Below, in pieces: positions 11,054 to 21,024 of a stretch of DNA of 64,000 nucleotides. Position 1 is the stretch's first letter. Every line of letters begins with the position of its first letter. The DNA lies in assembly GCA_016699365.1 (NCBI GenBank), contig CP064973.1:429684-493683 (forward strand), read 5' to 3'. Made by a program: the position numbers and the translations under genes. The notes under the pieces are model-generated. The model made no database searches and was not told the DNA's origin. It was given only the letters and a program-made list of their open reading frames with translations. The stretch comes from Candidatus Nomurabacteria bacterium (lineage in GTDB: Bacteria > Patescibacteriota > Minisyncoccia > Phycocordibacterales > UBA9973).

Positions 11054-13372
11054 ATGACAAAAAAAATCACCCTCAGTAAACAAGATCTTGCAAAGATCAA
11101 AGAAATTCGTAACCGCGAATTTAACATAATAGCTTTTGATCTAAGTAAGATTATTGAAGCTATCAATAAAGCTTTTGCTTCAACTGGCGAGGGAGAACAT
11201 GCCGATGCTGAATATGTTGGCAAGAAGGTTTTCAAAGAACTATTGGCTATCAAAACAGAAGCTAAAGACAAAAACTTTACTCCTACAGTAGAGCTTATAC
11301 AGGATTTGGTAGAAACTGAGCTTATTCGTGAGAAATATGTGCATACAGCAAAGGCTTATATTCTATATAGAAACAAGCGCGCAGAACTTCGTCGTGAGGT
11401 TGGTCCAGTTCCAGAGAAGGTTAAAAAGATGGCCGAAGAGAGTAAGAAGTATTTCAGAAATCCTCTTGCTGAGCTCGTGTACTACAGAACATACGCACGT
11501 TGGATAGATGCAGAAGGTCGTCGTGAGACTTGGATTGAGACTATCGATCGTTATATGGATTTCATGCGTGAAAACATAGGCAACAAGCTAAAAGAATCAG
11601 AGTATGCTGAAGTTCGTGAGGCAATTCTAAAACAAGAAGCGATGCCTTCAATGCGCCTTATTCAATTCGCAGGCGCTCCAGCTCGCAAGACAAACGTTTG
11701 TGCATACAACTGTTCATTTATCGCACCATCTACATTTCAAGATTTCGGAGAGATTGTATATATATCAATGTGTGGAACTGGAGTAGGTTACACAGTTGAA
11801 TCAAAAAATATTCAAGCACTTCCACAGATTAAACTTCAAGATGGGAAAAAACTTCCTACTTTTATAGTACCTGACTCAAAAGAAGGTTGGGCTGATGCTC
11901 TCGTGCATGGTATGAAGACTTGGTTCGGTGGAAATGATGTTGAATTTGATTTTTCACTTCTTAGACCAGCCGGTGCTCGTCTAAAAACTATGGGTGGAAA
12001 ATCTTCAGGTCCACAACCTCTAGTTGAGCTTCTCCAGTTTACTCGTGAGCGTATCTTGCGCCGACAAGGAAGACATCTACGAAACATCGATGCGCACGAT
12101 ATTATCTGTAAAATAGGTGAGTGTGTTGTTGCTGGAGGAGTACGTAGAAGTGCTTTGATATCACTTTCAGATTTGGATGATGAAGAAATACGCGATTCAA
12201 AGAAAGGTCAGTTCTATCTCACAGAAGGTCAGAGATCACTAGCAAACAACTCAGCTGTATATGAAAACAAGCCTTCAGCTATAGAGTTTATGGATGAATG
12301 GGTAGCTTTGATGAAATCAGGATCTGGAGAGAGAGGAATCTTCAATCGTGGATCACTTCATGCAACTCTACCAGAACGTCGTATAAAACTTTGGCAGAAA
12401 GAGTACAAGGGTTACTTCTCACCAGATGGACGCGTAGTCGGACCGATCGGAACAAATCCTTGTGGAGAGATTATTCTCCAATCAAAACAGTTCTGTAACT
12501 TATCAGAAGTAGTAGCGCGCGCAGATGATACAGAAGAAACTCTAATGAGAAAAGTGCGTATAGCTGCAATACTTGGAACATACCAATCAACACTTACAAA
12601 ATTTGGATACCTCTCAAAAGAGTGGCAAGATAATTGTAGAAAAGAATGCTTGCTTGGAGTTTCTATAACAGGTCAATGGGATTGCGGGCTTGCTCGAGAT
12701 GGCAAGATGCTTGAAAAACTCAAGAAAGAATCTATTCGCATTAACAAGATCTTTGCAAAGCGTTTTGGAGTAAATGAATCTACATGTATTACTTGTGTTA
12801 AACCTTCTGGAACCGTTTCTCAGACTGTAGACTGTTCAAGTGGTATGCATCCTCGTCATGCTCCATACTACATCCGACGTGTACGTATATCTGCAACAGA
12901 TGCACTTTTCAAAATGTTGAAAGACCAAGGCGTACCTTACTTCCCAGAAGTTGGTCAGTCAGTTGATACTGCTACTACATATGTACTTGAATTTCCAGTT
13001 GCAGCACCAAAAGGTGCGATATGTAAAGACGATGTGTCTGCACTTGCTCAGCTAGAACACTGGAAAGTTGTAAAAGTTAACTACACAGAACACAATCCAT
13101 CAGTAACAGTTTCTGTGGGAGACGATGAATGGATTGAAGTGGCTCATTGGTTGTATCAGAACTGGGATATCGTAGGAGGTCTTTCATTCCTTCCTCGATC
13201 AAATCACGTGTACCAACTTGCTCCATATGAAGAGATTACAAAAGAGCAATATGAAAAACTAAAGCCAACAGTTGCAAATATTGATTTCTCAAAGATTGTT
13301 ACTTATGAAATCCAAGACGAAACTGAAGTTAAAAAAGAACTCGCATGTGTGTCTGGAGTCTGTGAAATCTAG
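11054..13372 (+). CDS. nrdJ: Class II (adenosylcobalamin-dependent) ribonucleotide reductase with N-terminal ATP-cone
   Basis: ATP-cone-like N-terminus; active-site block NPCGEIILQSKQFCNLSEV; C-terminal redox-active Cys pair CVSGVCEI. The ORF track starts at TTG 11048. ATG 11054 (MTKK) is more plausible. Confidence 0.8.
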   Translation: MTKKITLSKQDLAKIKEIRNREFNIIAFDLSKIIEAINKAFASTGEGEHADAEYVGKKVFKELLAIKTEAKDKNFTPTVELIQDLVETELIREKYVHTAKAYILYRNKRAELRREVGPVPEKVKKMAEESKKYFRNPLAELVYYRTYARWIDAEGRRETWIETIDRYMDFMRENIGNKLKESEYAEVREAILKQEAMPSMRLIQFAGAPARKTNVCAYNCSFIAPSTFQDFGEIVYISMCGTGVGYTVESKNIQALPQIKLQDGKKLPTFIVPDSKEGWADALVHGMKTWFGGNDVEFDFSLLRPAGARLKTMGGKSSGPQPLVELLQFTRERILRRQGRHLRNIDAHDIICKIGECVVAGGVRRSALISLSDLDDEEIRDSKKGQFYLTEGQRSLANNSAVYENKPSAIEFMDEWVALMKSGSGERGIFNRGSLHATLPERRIKLWQKEYKGYFSPDGRVVGPIGTNPCGEIILQSKQFCNLSEVVARADDTEETLMRKVRIAAILGTYQSTLTKFGYLSKEWQDNCRKECLLGVSITGQWDCGLARDGKMLEKLKKESIRINKIFAKRFGVNESTCITCVKPSGTVSQTVDCSSGMHPRHAPYYIRRVRISATDALFKMLKDQGVPYFPEVGQSVDTATTYVLEFPVAAPKGAICKDDVSALAQLEHWKVVKVNYTEHNPSVTVSVGDDEWIEVAHWLYQNWDIVGGLSFLPRSNHVYQLAPYEEITKEQYEKLKPTVANIDFSKIVTYEIQDETEVKKELACVSGVCEI

Positions 13373-13380
13373 TTTTAAAT

Positions 13381-13412
13381 AAAAAGAAAAACCGCTCAGT
13401 TGAGCGGTTTTT
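13381..13412. terminator. Rho-independent terminator between convergent genes (hairpin flanked by A and T runs, usable in both directions); a near-identical copy recurs at 14381
   Basis: AAAAACCGCTCAGTTGAGCGGTTTTTTTT. Confidence 0.55.
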
Positions 13413-13413
13413 T

Positions 13414-13743
13414 TTATAAAATCCAGATATATTCTCCTATGTTTTTTGATTCTGCAATTTCAAGAACCTTTTTATGATAATCATGTTCTTTATACCTTTC
13501 CTTGATGAAATCATATATTTTTTTCCACGCCTTACGGTTACCAATCGCAACATCTTTCATAAGTTGTTTTGTTTCCCATCTCCAGTTTTCTTGATCAGAT
13601 TCCTTTTCTCCAACCCAGTAATTTTCTAGGGCTTTATGAAGGCGTTCCCTGTTTTCTTCATTGGTATCTTTTAGATAGGCGATCCACGCATCTGCGAATT
13701 CTTTCCATTCAGTAGTAAGACCCTTATTCTTTTTAGTTGCCAT
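13414..13743 (-). CDS. Hypothetical protein
   Basis: 109-aa ORF rich in charged residues, flanked by terminators. No recognisable motif. Confidence 0.4.
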   Translation of the reverse strand: MATKKNKGLTTEWKEFADAWIAYLKDTNEENRERLHKALENYWVGEKESDQENWRWETKQLMKDVAIGNRKAWKKIYDFIKERYKEHDYHKKVLEIAESKNIGEYIWIL

Positions 13744-13827
13744 ATTGAATTTTTCCTCACTCTACTCTCCGAGAGCCTAGTTGTCAAACCAAACAAAAAT
13801 CCGCCAAAAAAGCGGATACGTATTTTA

Positions 13828-14307
13828 CTACTCGGAATCATAATCATAATGGAAACTTATTTCGTTATTAAGCGACCTATTCCGCTTCCTTTGTGCTAGG
13901 CGAGAGAAAAAGCCTGGAATCATGGAAGTTACTCTTTTTCTAAGGATTTGGGTCTCTCCCTTAGTCTTATTTTCCAAGGTGGTTGTTGGAACAACATTTT
14001 TCTGTACGGATCCTTTTAGTACAAGCACATACACATATGCGCGTTGTTGTGTAGATGTAAAAGGATAAGGTGGTCTCCATATATCTTGAAGCACTTTCCT
14101 TTCAATGTTATGGTTCGGAAAAAGTTTCTGTACTGTATCATCGGCCAATTTTTCACTTTCTATTGCTTCTGTCTGATCATTAGGCAGAACGTGTCCGATA
14201 TAGACGGCCAATCCAAATCTTATTTTACCATCAGTTCTTTGTGGCAAGACCGTAGGATATCGTAAGGTACCTGTATTTGATAACCTCCTGATATTTTTTT
14301 GTTCCAT
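13828..14307 (-). CDS. Hypothetical protein
   Basis: 159-aa ORF with no recognisable motif. Confidence 0.4.
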   Translation of the reverse strand: MEQKNIRRLSNTGTLRYPTVLPQRTDGKIRFGLAVYIGHVLPNDQTEAIESEKLADDTVQKLFPNHNIERKVLQDIWRPPYPFTSTQQRAYVYVLVLKGSVQKNVVPTTTLENKTKGETQILRKRVTSMIPGFFSRLAQRKRNRSLNNEISFHYDYDSE

Positions 14308-14380
14308 AAAGTTCAGTTTTCTTTACCTTATCAATCTTACGGATTTTGTCAAACTCTACTTGACGGGAGGGAGAAACAAA

Positions 14381-14408
14381 ATAAAAACCGCTCAGTTGAG
14401 TGGTTTTT
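14381..14408. terminator. Terminator hairpin (A and T runs on both flanks); near-identical repeat of the 13381 hairpin
   Basis: AAAACCGCTCAGTTGAGTGGTTTTTT. One mismatch relative to the 13385 copy. Confidence 0.45.
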
Positions 14409-14411
14409 TAG

Positions 14412-14654
14412 TTATGTTGCTCCACCTACTCTGTATACCTTGTATCGGGTAGGTAATCTGTCGCCAGATGTATTTTGATCGTTTTCAATTGCAACCATAA
14501 GCTCTTGGGTCTTCTGGTTGTCTTTGAATATTTCATAGCACTCGTCGCTATAAATCTGAAATGACGTATCAAAAAACTTTACGAACTTTTTGAGTAAATT
14601 ATTTATTATTTTTTTTCCCATAATTATTATATTTTTTAAGTAGGTAAATAACAT
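14412..14654 (-). CDS. Hypothetical small protein
   Basis: 80-aa ORF. Weak support. Confidence 0.25.
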   Translation of the reverse strand: MLFTYLKNIIIMGKKIINNLLKKFVKFFDTSFQIYSDECYEIFKDNQKTQELMVAIENDQNTSGDRLPTRYKVYRVGGAT

Positions 14655-14662
14655 CTATCGTA

Positions 14663-14902
14663 TTACATGAGTAAAAGTAATCCAATAAATATTCCCATTA
14701 AAAGAAAAAATATTCCGAGAATTGCCCTTGATATATCGTTGCTTCTTTGGATATCTTTTATTTGTTGCCTCATTGCATGATTATCAGTTCGATAATATAG
14801 TCGTAATTTTTCAAAGGCTTTGGAGACTTTCTTGTCTGCAAAATAATACCCAAAGATACATCCAATTAAGGAAATAGAAAGTACTATATAAATATCCTTC
14901 AT
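14663..14902 (-). CDS. Hypothetical small membrane protein
   Basis: 79 aa with two hydrophobic segments. Confidence 0.3.
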   Translation of the reverse strand: MKDIYIVLSISLIGCIFGYYFADKKVSKAFEKLRLYYRTDNHAMRQQIKDIQRSNDISRAILGIFFLLMGIFIGLLLLM

Positions 14903-14941
14903 ATGTATATGTTTTTCCTTAATATATCATAAAATATCGCC

Positions 14942-14970
14942 TTGTCAAATATAATATGATGTTATATACT
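14942..14970 (+). promoter_or_regulatory. Sigma70-like promoter for RNase P RNA
   Basis: TTGTCA, 17-nt spacer, TATACT, ending 4 nt before the P1 helix strand (14974). Confidence 0.5.
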
Positions 14971-14974
14971 ACCT

Positions 14975-15305
14975 TTGTTGTACTGGATGATCGCGCTTGT
15001 CGAAAGGCAGGTGAGGAAAGTCCGAACACAGGCTTATGAAAATAAGCAGCAGGGTAGTGGGTAATTCCCATCCATAGCAATATGCGAGGTGCGAGCAGTG
15101 ACGTCTAATCCGAAAGGAGAGGAATTCCCTTGGGAATAATCCAATGGAGACATTGGGGTGAAACGGCTAAATCCTTACTTCTGTGCAAGACCGTGTCCTA
15201 GCTTGCTAGGGAGAGTCGCTTGAGGGTATTGGCAACAATACTCCTAGATAAATGATTGTCGTCTATCGCAAGATAGATACAGAATTCGGCTTATAGGTAC
15301 AACAA
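14975..15305 (+). ncRNA. rnpB: RNase P RNA, bacterial type A
   Basis: P1 pairing TTTGTTGTAC (14974) with GTACAACAAA (15298). Conserved GGTGAGGAAAGTCCGAACAC (P4 5' strand) and ACAGAATTCGGCTTATAGGTAC (P4 3' strand). Followed by the terminator at 15317. Confidence 0.75.
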
Positions 15306-15316
15306 AAAATATGAAA

Positions 15317-15341
15317 AAACTCTGCGAAAGCAGAGTTTTTT
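15317..15341 (+). terminator. Rho-independent terminator for rnpB
   Basis: CTCTGCGAAAGCAGAG followed by TTTTTT. Confidence 0.5.
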
Positions 15342-15358
15342 CTGTTATAATTTTTTAT

Positions 15359-16732
15359 ATGTCAAAAAACAATTCACCATGGATTCATCAACTTGCTCGA
15401 ACGAGACCTATTTCAAAAGGTAAGATACCTGAAAAGACCGATGTTGTTATTGTTGGTGGGGGAATAGCGGGTATTTCGACTGCGTATGAAATATTGAAAA
15501 ATACAGATCTGAAAGTTGTTTTACTAGAAGCTACAAAAGTGGCTCACGGAGCGACTGGTCACAATGCTGGTCAGATTACAAGTTATTTTGAAAATCCATT
15601 TCAAGATTTTGTAAATAAATTTGGATTGGAGCAGTCAGCCGATGCAGTAAGAGCTATCGAATATGATGCACGCATGATTCTAAATGAGATCATGCGCGAC
15701 GCAAATATAAAAACCCCTCTATCAGAATTTGAAGGATATGATGGACTGAAAGATAAAGACTCTGTTTTGTTGTATTTAGAAGATCTCAAACTAAAATCCG
15801 AAGCAGGTTTGTCTATTCGTAAAATGTATATATCCGAAGAATGGAGTCATAGTATGCATTTGCCTTCTGAATACAAATCTTTTTATACAAAAATAGGGCA
15901 CAGTGATGTAATGTCTTTGCTCGAAACTATTGATAGTGATTATATAGCGGCTTTGCCATTTTTATCAGGTTGTATGAATAGCGCTCTTTTTACAGAAGAG
16001 TTGGCGGTTTTTATACTAAATAACTTCAAAGATCGTTTTGTCTTGGTTGAAGAATCTCCTGTTTCAGTTTGTGAACTTCATAAAGATTTTGTTTCTCTAA
16101 AATCAAAGGATATTTCTATTCTTACAGATCGAGTCGTATTGTGTACAAATGGATTTGAAAATATAAAAATAGACAATAAAAATGGTGTAGATATAGATAC
16201 TAAATTTCACCATAAAGTATCAGGTCTTATTGGTTATATGGCTGGCTTTACCGAAAATCCAGACAAGAAGCCTTCTGCTAGTATTTACACAAAATCTATA
16301 GGTATGAATGGGGGAGAGTATTTTTATGCGACTCGTAGACCATATGAATTGAGAGATAACAAAGTAAATCTAATATCAATCGGTGGGCCTGAGGAGGTGA
16401 TAGAAGATACAAGTAAATACGATAGAAATATGCGTATCCCTTCTTCTGCTATTGGTTCTATATTTAGTTTTATTGAAAAAACTTATAATACAAAAAGTAA
16501 AAATGATATTTTTGAATTTATTTGGCACGGGCTGATGGGGTATACACCAAATGGAGTTCGATTGATTGGTATAGAACCTTGCAATCCATTGCTTTTATAC
16601 AACTTAGGTTGCAATGGAGTTGGAATATTACCTTCAATATATGGAGCCAAGAGAATTTCAAAAATATTAAATAATGAAGTATTGAAACCTTCGATATTTG
16701 ATCCCAAAGATCAAACTTGTCCCATAGAATAA
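15359..16732 (+). CDS. FAD-dependent oxidoreductase (DAO / glycine-oxidase family)
   Basis: Dinucleotide-binding motif VVIVGGGIAGISTAYEI. Start moved from the track's 15311 to ATG 15359 (MSKNNSPW), because 15311-15341 overlaps the rnpB end and its terminator. Confidence 0.6.
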   Translation: MSKNNSPWIHQLARTRPISKGKIPEKTDVVIVGGGIAGISTAYEILKNTDLKVVLLEATKVAHGATGHNAGQITSYFENPFQDFVNKFGLEQSADAVRAIEYDARMILNEIMRDANIKTPLSEFEGYDGLKDKDSVLLYLEDLKLKSEAGLSIRKMYISEEWSHSMHLPSEYKSFYTKIGHSDVMSLLETIDSDYIAALPFLSGCMNSALFTEELAVFILNNFKDRFVLVEESPVSVCELHKDFVSLKSKDISILTDRVVLCTNGFENIKIDNKNGVDIDTKFHHKVSGLIGYMAGFTENPDKKPSASIYTKSIGMNGGEYFYATRRPYELRDNKVNLISIGGPEEVIEDTSKYDRNMRIPSSAIGSIFSFIEKTYNTKSKNDIFEFIWHGLMGYTPNGVRLIGIEPCNPLLLYNLGCNGVGILPSIYGAKRISKILNNEVLKPSIFDPKDQTCPIE

Positions 16733-16773
16733 GCTTACTAATATTTATAGTATAAGTATTTTGTATTAGGGGG

Positions 16774-16802
16774 TTGACTTTTTAAATCGAATCTGCTATA
16801 CT
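16774..16802 (+). promoter_or_regulatory. Consensus sigma70 promoter driving a short transcript
   Basis: TTGACT, 17-nt spacer, TATACT. Confidence 0.5.
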
Positions 16803-16808
16803 CTTTTT

Positions 16809-16889
16809 GTGAGTGAATAACTTCGTCTCGTTATTAATGAGACACAAGTGCCTCGCAAATCCCGGCTTCGGCCGGGATTTTGCGTTTTT
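16809..16889 (+). ncRNA. Candidate small RNA (~80 nt), unclassified
   Basis: Starts ~7 nt after the -10 box. Contains hairpin GTCTCGTTATTAATGAGAC. Ends in a strong terminator hairpin CGCAAATCCCGGCTTCGGCCGGGATTTTGCG followed by TTTTT. No ORF. Confidence 0.4.
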
Positions 16890-17355
16890 AGGCTACTAAA
16901 TAAAGGCTTTTATATATGAATCCCTTTGTGTCTATTGCTATTATTTTGTTATCCGCATATAATTTCTATTGCAGATCGCTTGTCTGTGTTTATAGCGAGC
17001 GTCTGCACTCACATAGGCATTTGTGTTGGAGTTAGCACACGCTCGCTTTAAACGCAGATAAAATAAAAATCTCCCCACAAGCACGGGGAGATTTTTATTT
17101 TTAATTATTTTTAAAATAATTTTTATTTTATTATTTATTTTTTTATAAAAAATATTTTATTTATAATTTTTTTTATAAAAAACTTTTTTGAGTTATCCAC
17201 ATATTTTTTGTAAATAATATTGTTATTAGTTTTTTTCTGTAAGATAATATATACAGTGATGCATTGATTGAAATCACAAAATATTTTTTTATAAATTTAT
17301 TTTGTGTGGTCGGATCATTGCAGAAAACGTTAATAGCTTAACCCACTAAAATATA

Positions 17356-17421
17356 TGGCAGCAAAGAAAAAGAAAAAGGCAGCTCCTAAGAAAAAGGCAG
17401 CTAAAAAGAAGAAGAAATAGT
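17356..17421 (+). CDS. Micro-ORF encoding a 21-aa Lys/Ala-rich peptide ([21 protein letters not shown])
   Basis: ATG at 17356 and TAG at 17419. Immediately followed by a terminator hairpin (AAAATCCTCCCTATCAGAGGATTTTGTTTTTTT). May be a spurious low-complexity ORF. Confidence 0.2.
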
Positions 17422-17524
17422 TTCTACTTCTCAAAAACAAAATCCTCCCTATCAGAGGATTTTGTTTTTTTATATCTCGATAAAATTTGCCTTTTATGCT
17501 ATACTCTGTTTTTATATAGAAATT

Positions 17525-20008
17525 ATGGCCTTAATTAGCAATATATTTGGGAACGCAGATTCCCGTTTTATAAAATCAGTAAAACCACTTATAGAGAAGA
17601 TAAACTCTCTAGAAGAAGGCCTTTTGTCCTTACCTGATGAAGCTTTTCCTGAAAAGACTCGGGCTCTCAAGGAGCGTCTCGCAAAAGGGGAAACTCTAGA
17701 TAATATTTTACCGGAAGCTTTTGCGCTTGTTCGTGAAGCTTCACGAAGAACTCTTGGGCAACGCCACTATGATGTGCAATTGATTGGAGGTATTGTTTTA
17801 CACAAAAATAAAATAGCCGAGATGCGCACAGGAGAAGGTAAGACCCTCGTTGCTACCTTACCTGTTTATTTGAATGCATTAAAAGGAGATGGTGTGCATG
17901 TTGTTACTGTAAATGATTATCTAGCGAGTCGTGACGGAGAATGGATGGGACAGATATATGATTTTCTTGGTCTTAGTGTGGGGGTTATAAACTCACAACA
18001 AATTTCATATTTGTATTCAAAGAAAGAAGGTGACTTGGACAAAGAACACGACGAGACAGGATCTTTCAAGGTGATGTATGAGTTCCTTAAAACTTGCACC
18101 AGAAGAGAGGCTTATGCAGCTGATATTACATATGGAACAAACAATGAATTTGGGTTTGATTATTTGAGAGACAATCTAGTGGTAAATTCTTCCCAGATGG
18201 TTCAAAGAGGTCACCCTTTTGCTGTTGTTGACGAGATAGACTCTATACTTATAGACGAAGCTAGAACTCCTCTTATAATATCTGCTCCGACATCTGATTC
18301 CGAGAAACTTTATCAGACATTTGCTAGTATTGCTCGCAATTTAAAGATAGAAGAGGATTATACAGTTGAAGAGAAGCATAAATCTATATCCCTAACAGAC
18401 GCTGGTATAACTAGCGCTGAAAAATCTTTAGGAATTGAAAATATATATTCAGAAAAAGGCATAAAGTATGTTCATCATCTAGAAACTGCTGTACGTGCCG
18501 AGGCCTTATACAAGAAAGACAAGGATTATGTAGTAAAAGATAATGAGATTATTATTGTTGATCCTTTTACTGGGCGTATGCAACCAGGACGTCGTTGGAG
18601 TGAGGGTCTGCATCAGGCGATTGAAGCCAAGGAAGGTGTTATGGTCCAAAAAGAGTCTAGAGCCGCAGCTTCTATCACTTACCAGAATTATTTTAGACTA
18701 TATAAGAAGCTTGGCGGTATGACTGGTACTGCGAAGACTTCAGAAGAAGAATTTTTTAAAGTTTACGGACTTGAGGTTATTACTATACCTACACATAGGG
18801 ATATAAAGAGAATCGACAATTCAGACCTAATTTACCAAAGCGAAATTGGTAAATGGAAAGCTATCGCAAAGAAAGTAAAAGATCTTCACAAAAAAGGTCA
18901 GCCGGTACTTATCGGTACAATTTCAATCGAGAGAAACGAACTTCTGTCTGAATTTCTAAAAGCAGAGGGTGTTCCACACACACTTTTGAATGCAAAGAAT
19001 CATGAGCGCGAAGGTGAGCTAGTATCAGAAGCAGGAAAACGTGGCGCTGTTACTGTTGCAACAAACATGGCAGGTCGTGGAGTTGATATAAAACTTGGAG
19101 GCGCATTGGCCACAGAAGAGGAGAGACAAGAAATACGCGATCTTGGTGGTTTGTTTGTTTTGGGTACAGAGCGCCACGAGGCTAGACGCATAGACAACCA
19201 GTTACGAGGAAGATCTGGTCGTCAGGGAGATCCAGGCGAAACTCAATTTTATGTATCACTAGAAGATGATCTTATGCGCGTGTTCGGTGCTGAGAGTATA
19301 AAACGTATGATGGGTACATTTGGTATTCCCGAAGATGAACCTATTACAAATCGTTTGATTAGTCGCGCTCTAGAGAGTGCTCAAGCAAAAATCGAAGGTT
19401 TCCATTTCGATGCTCGAAAGAACACTCTTGAATATGACGATGTATTGAATCATCAGAGAAAAAGTATATACAACAGACGCAAGACCCTAATAGTTGGTAC
19501 TTTTGATGAAATAAAGAAATATATAGATGAATATGTGTCTTCTGATACAGAACTTTCTAATCTAACTGATGAAAAAAAGACTCTAACTACTGAAGAGAGT
19601 TTCTACGAAACACTTCGTAGGATAATTCTACATGTTACTGATACGCTCTGGGCTGAGCACTTGGAGACTATGGATTATTTGAGGTCTTCTGTTAACTTGC
19701 GTGCGTATGGTCAAAGAGAACCTTTGGTTGAATATAAAAAAGAAGGCTTGATTTACTTCAAGAATATGGAACAGGCAGTTTTACGGGAAGTGTGTGAAAT
19801 TCTAAAAACTGTAGAAATAAAGACCCCCGCTAGTGTTAAAGAGGAAGAAGTGAAGCAGGATTTTGTTATCACAAGTGCTGGGTCGCTTGATTCTGATACT
19901 ATGAGCCATAAATCTGAGGCTGAAAAGAGCGGTATTCCGAAAGTTGGGCGAAATGATACATGTCCATGTGGTAGTGGAAAGAAGTACAAAAAGTGTCACG
20001 GAGCCTAA
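17525..20008 (+). CDS. secA: Preprotein translocase ATPase SecA
   Basis: SecA DEAD-like motor motifs ([33 protein letters not shown]) and C-terminal zinc finger [14 protein letters not shown]. Start set at MALISNIFG. The track start at 17462 adds a non-SecA leader. Confidence 0.9.
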   Translation: MALISNIFGNADSRFIKSVKPLIEKINSLEEGLLSLPDEAFPEKTRALKERLAKGETLDNILPEAFALVREASRRTLGQRHYDVQLIGGIVLHKNKIAEMRTGEGKTLVATLPVYLNALKGDGVHVVTVNDYLASRDGEWMGQIYDFLGLSVGVINSQQISYLYSKKEGDLDKEHDETGSFKVMYEFLKTCTRREAYAADITYGTNNEFGFDYLRDNLVVNSSQMVQRGHPFAVVDEIDSILIDEARTPLIISAPTSDSEKLYQTFASIARNLKIEEDYTVEEKHKSISLTDAGITSAEKSLGIENIYSEKGIKYVHHLETAVRAEALYKKDKDYVVKDNEIIIVDPFTGRMQPGRRWSEGLHQAIEAKEGVMVQKESRAAASITYQNYFRLYKKLGGMTGTAKTSEEEFFKVYGLEVITIPTHRDIKRIDNSDLIYQSEIGKWKAIAKKVKDLHKKGQPVLIGTISIERNELLSEFLKAEGVPHTLLNAKNHEREGELVSEAGKRGAVTVATNMAGRGVDIKLGGALATEEERQEIRDLGGLFVLGTERHEARRIDNQLRGRSGRQGDPGETQFYVSLEDDLMRVFGAESIKRMMGTFGIPEDEPITNRLISRALESAQAKIEGFHFDARKNTLEYDDVLNHQRKSIYNRRKTLIVGTFDEIKKYIDEYVSSDTELSNLTDEKKTLTTEESFYETLRRIILHVTDTLWAEHLETMDYLRSSVNLRAYGQREPLVEYKKEGLIYFKNMEQAVLREVCEILKTVEIKTPASVKEEEVKQDFVITSAGSLDSDTMSHKSEAEKSGIPKVGRNDTCPCGSGKKYKKCHGA

Positions 20009-20293
20009 AAGTCACTAAAAAGCCAAAAAGGCTATCCACAGCCTAAAATAACACCACACTTTAACTATACTTGTCAAGTTAGAACATCAAAAATACCCTT
20101 ATAAATAAGGGTATTTTTGATTTGACACTCCTAAAAATAGTGGTATAACTATTGACTTTATCTTCACAATATGCTACTATATGCTTGTCTCCAAAAACGT
20201 TATGTTTATGGAGTTTTTCTTTTAAAGCCGAGGTTTTATTACTTACCGGCAAAAAAATCAGTTACGTAGTTTGGCGGAGCAGAACCGCTAGTT

Positions 20294-20905
20294 ATGAATA
20301 AAGACAGCATTTTACGCTCTCTACAGTCATTTGTCGTACTTCCTATTTTGGCGACAAACATGTTAGTACTCCCAGCGGGTACAATCATGCTTCCAACTGC
20401 TAGAGTATCAATGACAGAACAAAATGGGCCCCTTATCGAGACGATCACTGATAACCAACAGAAGACTCGAATCGATACGGCTAAAAATATAGATACATAC
20501 TTTGCTAATCACGACATGCCACTCGAAGGAACTGGTATGAAAATGGTTATCGAAGCAGAGAAAAATAATATTGACCCCTACTTGATCGCAGCTATTGCAG
20601 TTCGCGAATCTACTGGTGGAAAACACCAATGTAAGAGTCAGGCTTCCCTAGGTAAGGTTAATCCTTTCGGATGGGGAGGTTGTAAGCTCGGTTTTGAATC
20701 CTATGATGCTGCAATTGAAACAGTTGCTCGTAACCTAGGAGGTAACAACCCGAAGACTGCTCATCACTATGGTGATAAGTCTACGATTGAAAAACTAGAA
20801 GCTTATAATCCTCGTACTGTGGTGGCTCGCTACCCAGAACAAGTTATGGATATTATGAATGATATGGCCTCTCTCGAGTTCACATCAGCAGAAAAGTCCG
20901 CTTAA
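20294..20905 (+). CDS. Putative secreted peptidoglycan hydrolase (lysozyme-like / glucosaminidase-like)
   Basis: Hydrophobic N-terminus; block DPYLIAAIAVRESTGG resembles lytic transglycosylase/glucosaminidase active-site regions. Preceded by two promoter-like elements at 20107-20180. Confidence 0.4.
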   Translation: MNKDSILRSLQSFVVLPILATNMLVLPAGTIMLPTARVSMTEQNGPLIETITDNQQKTRIDTAKNIDTYFANHDMPLEGTGMKMVIEAEKNNIDPYLIAAIAVRESTGGKHQCKSQASLGKVNPFGWGGCKLGFESYDAAIETVARNLGGNNPKTAHHYGDKSTIEKLEAYNPRTVVARYPEQVMDIMNDMASLEFTSAEKSA

Positions 20906-21024
20906 CAGCTGGGCTTTTTTGTTTGAGGTGTATTTAAATTTTTAGTATACAATTTGACGTTTAACTGTTTTTGTTATATAAATTAGTATCTAAATGAGTT
21001 CTTTTCACTAAAAAAATAAATTAT

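Noticed and set aside
15311-15358. Track start of the FAD-oxidoreductase ORF
   Set aside because: It overlaps the 3' end of the RNase P RNA and its terminator hairpin (CTCTGCGAAAGCAGAGTTTTTT). The internal ATG 15359 was used instead.
17462-17524. N-terminal extension of SecA ([21 protein letters not shown]...) from the ORF track
   Set aside because: Hydrophobic junk preceding the canonical SecA start MALISNIFG. It overlaps the upstream terminator hairpin. The true start is taken as 17525.
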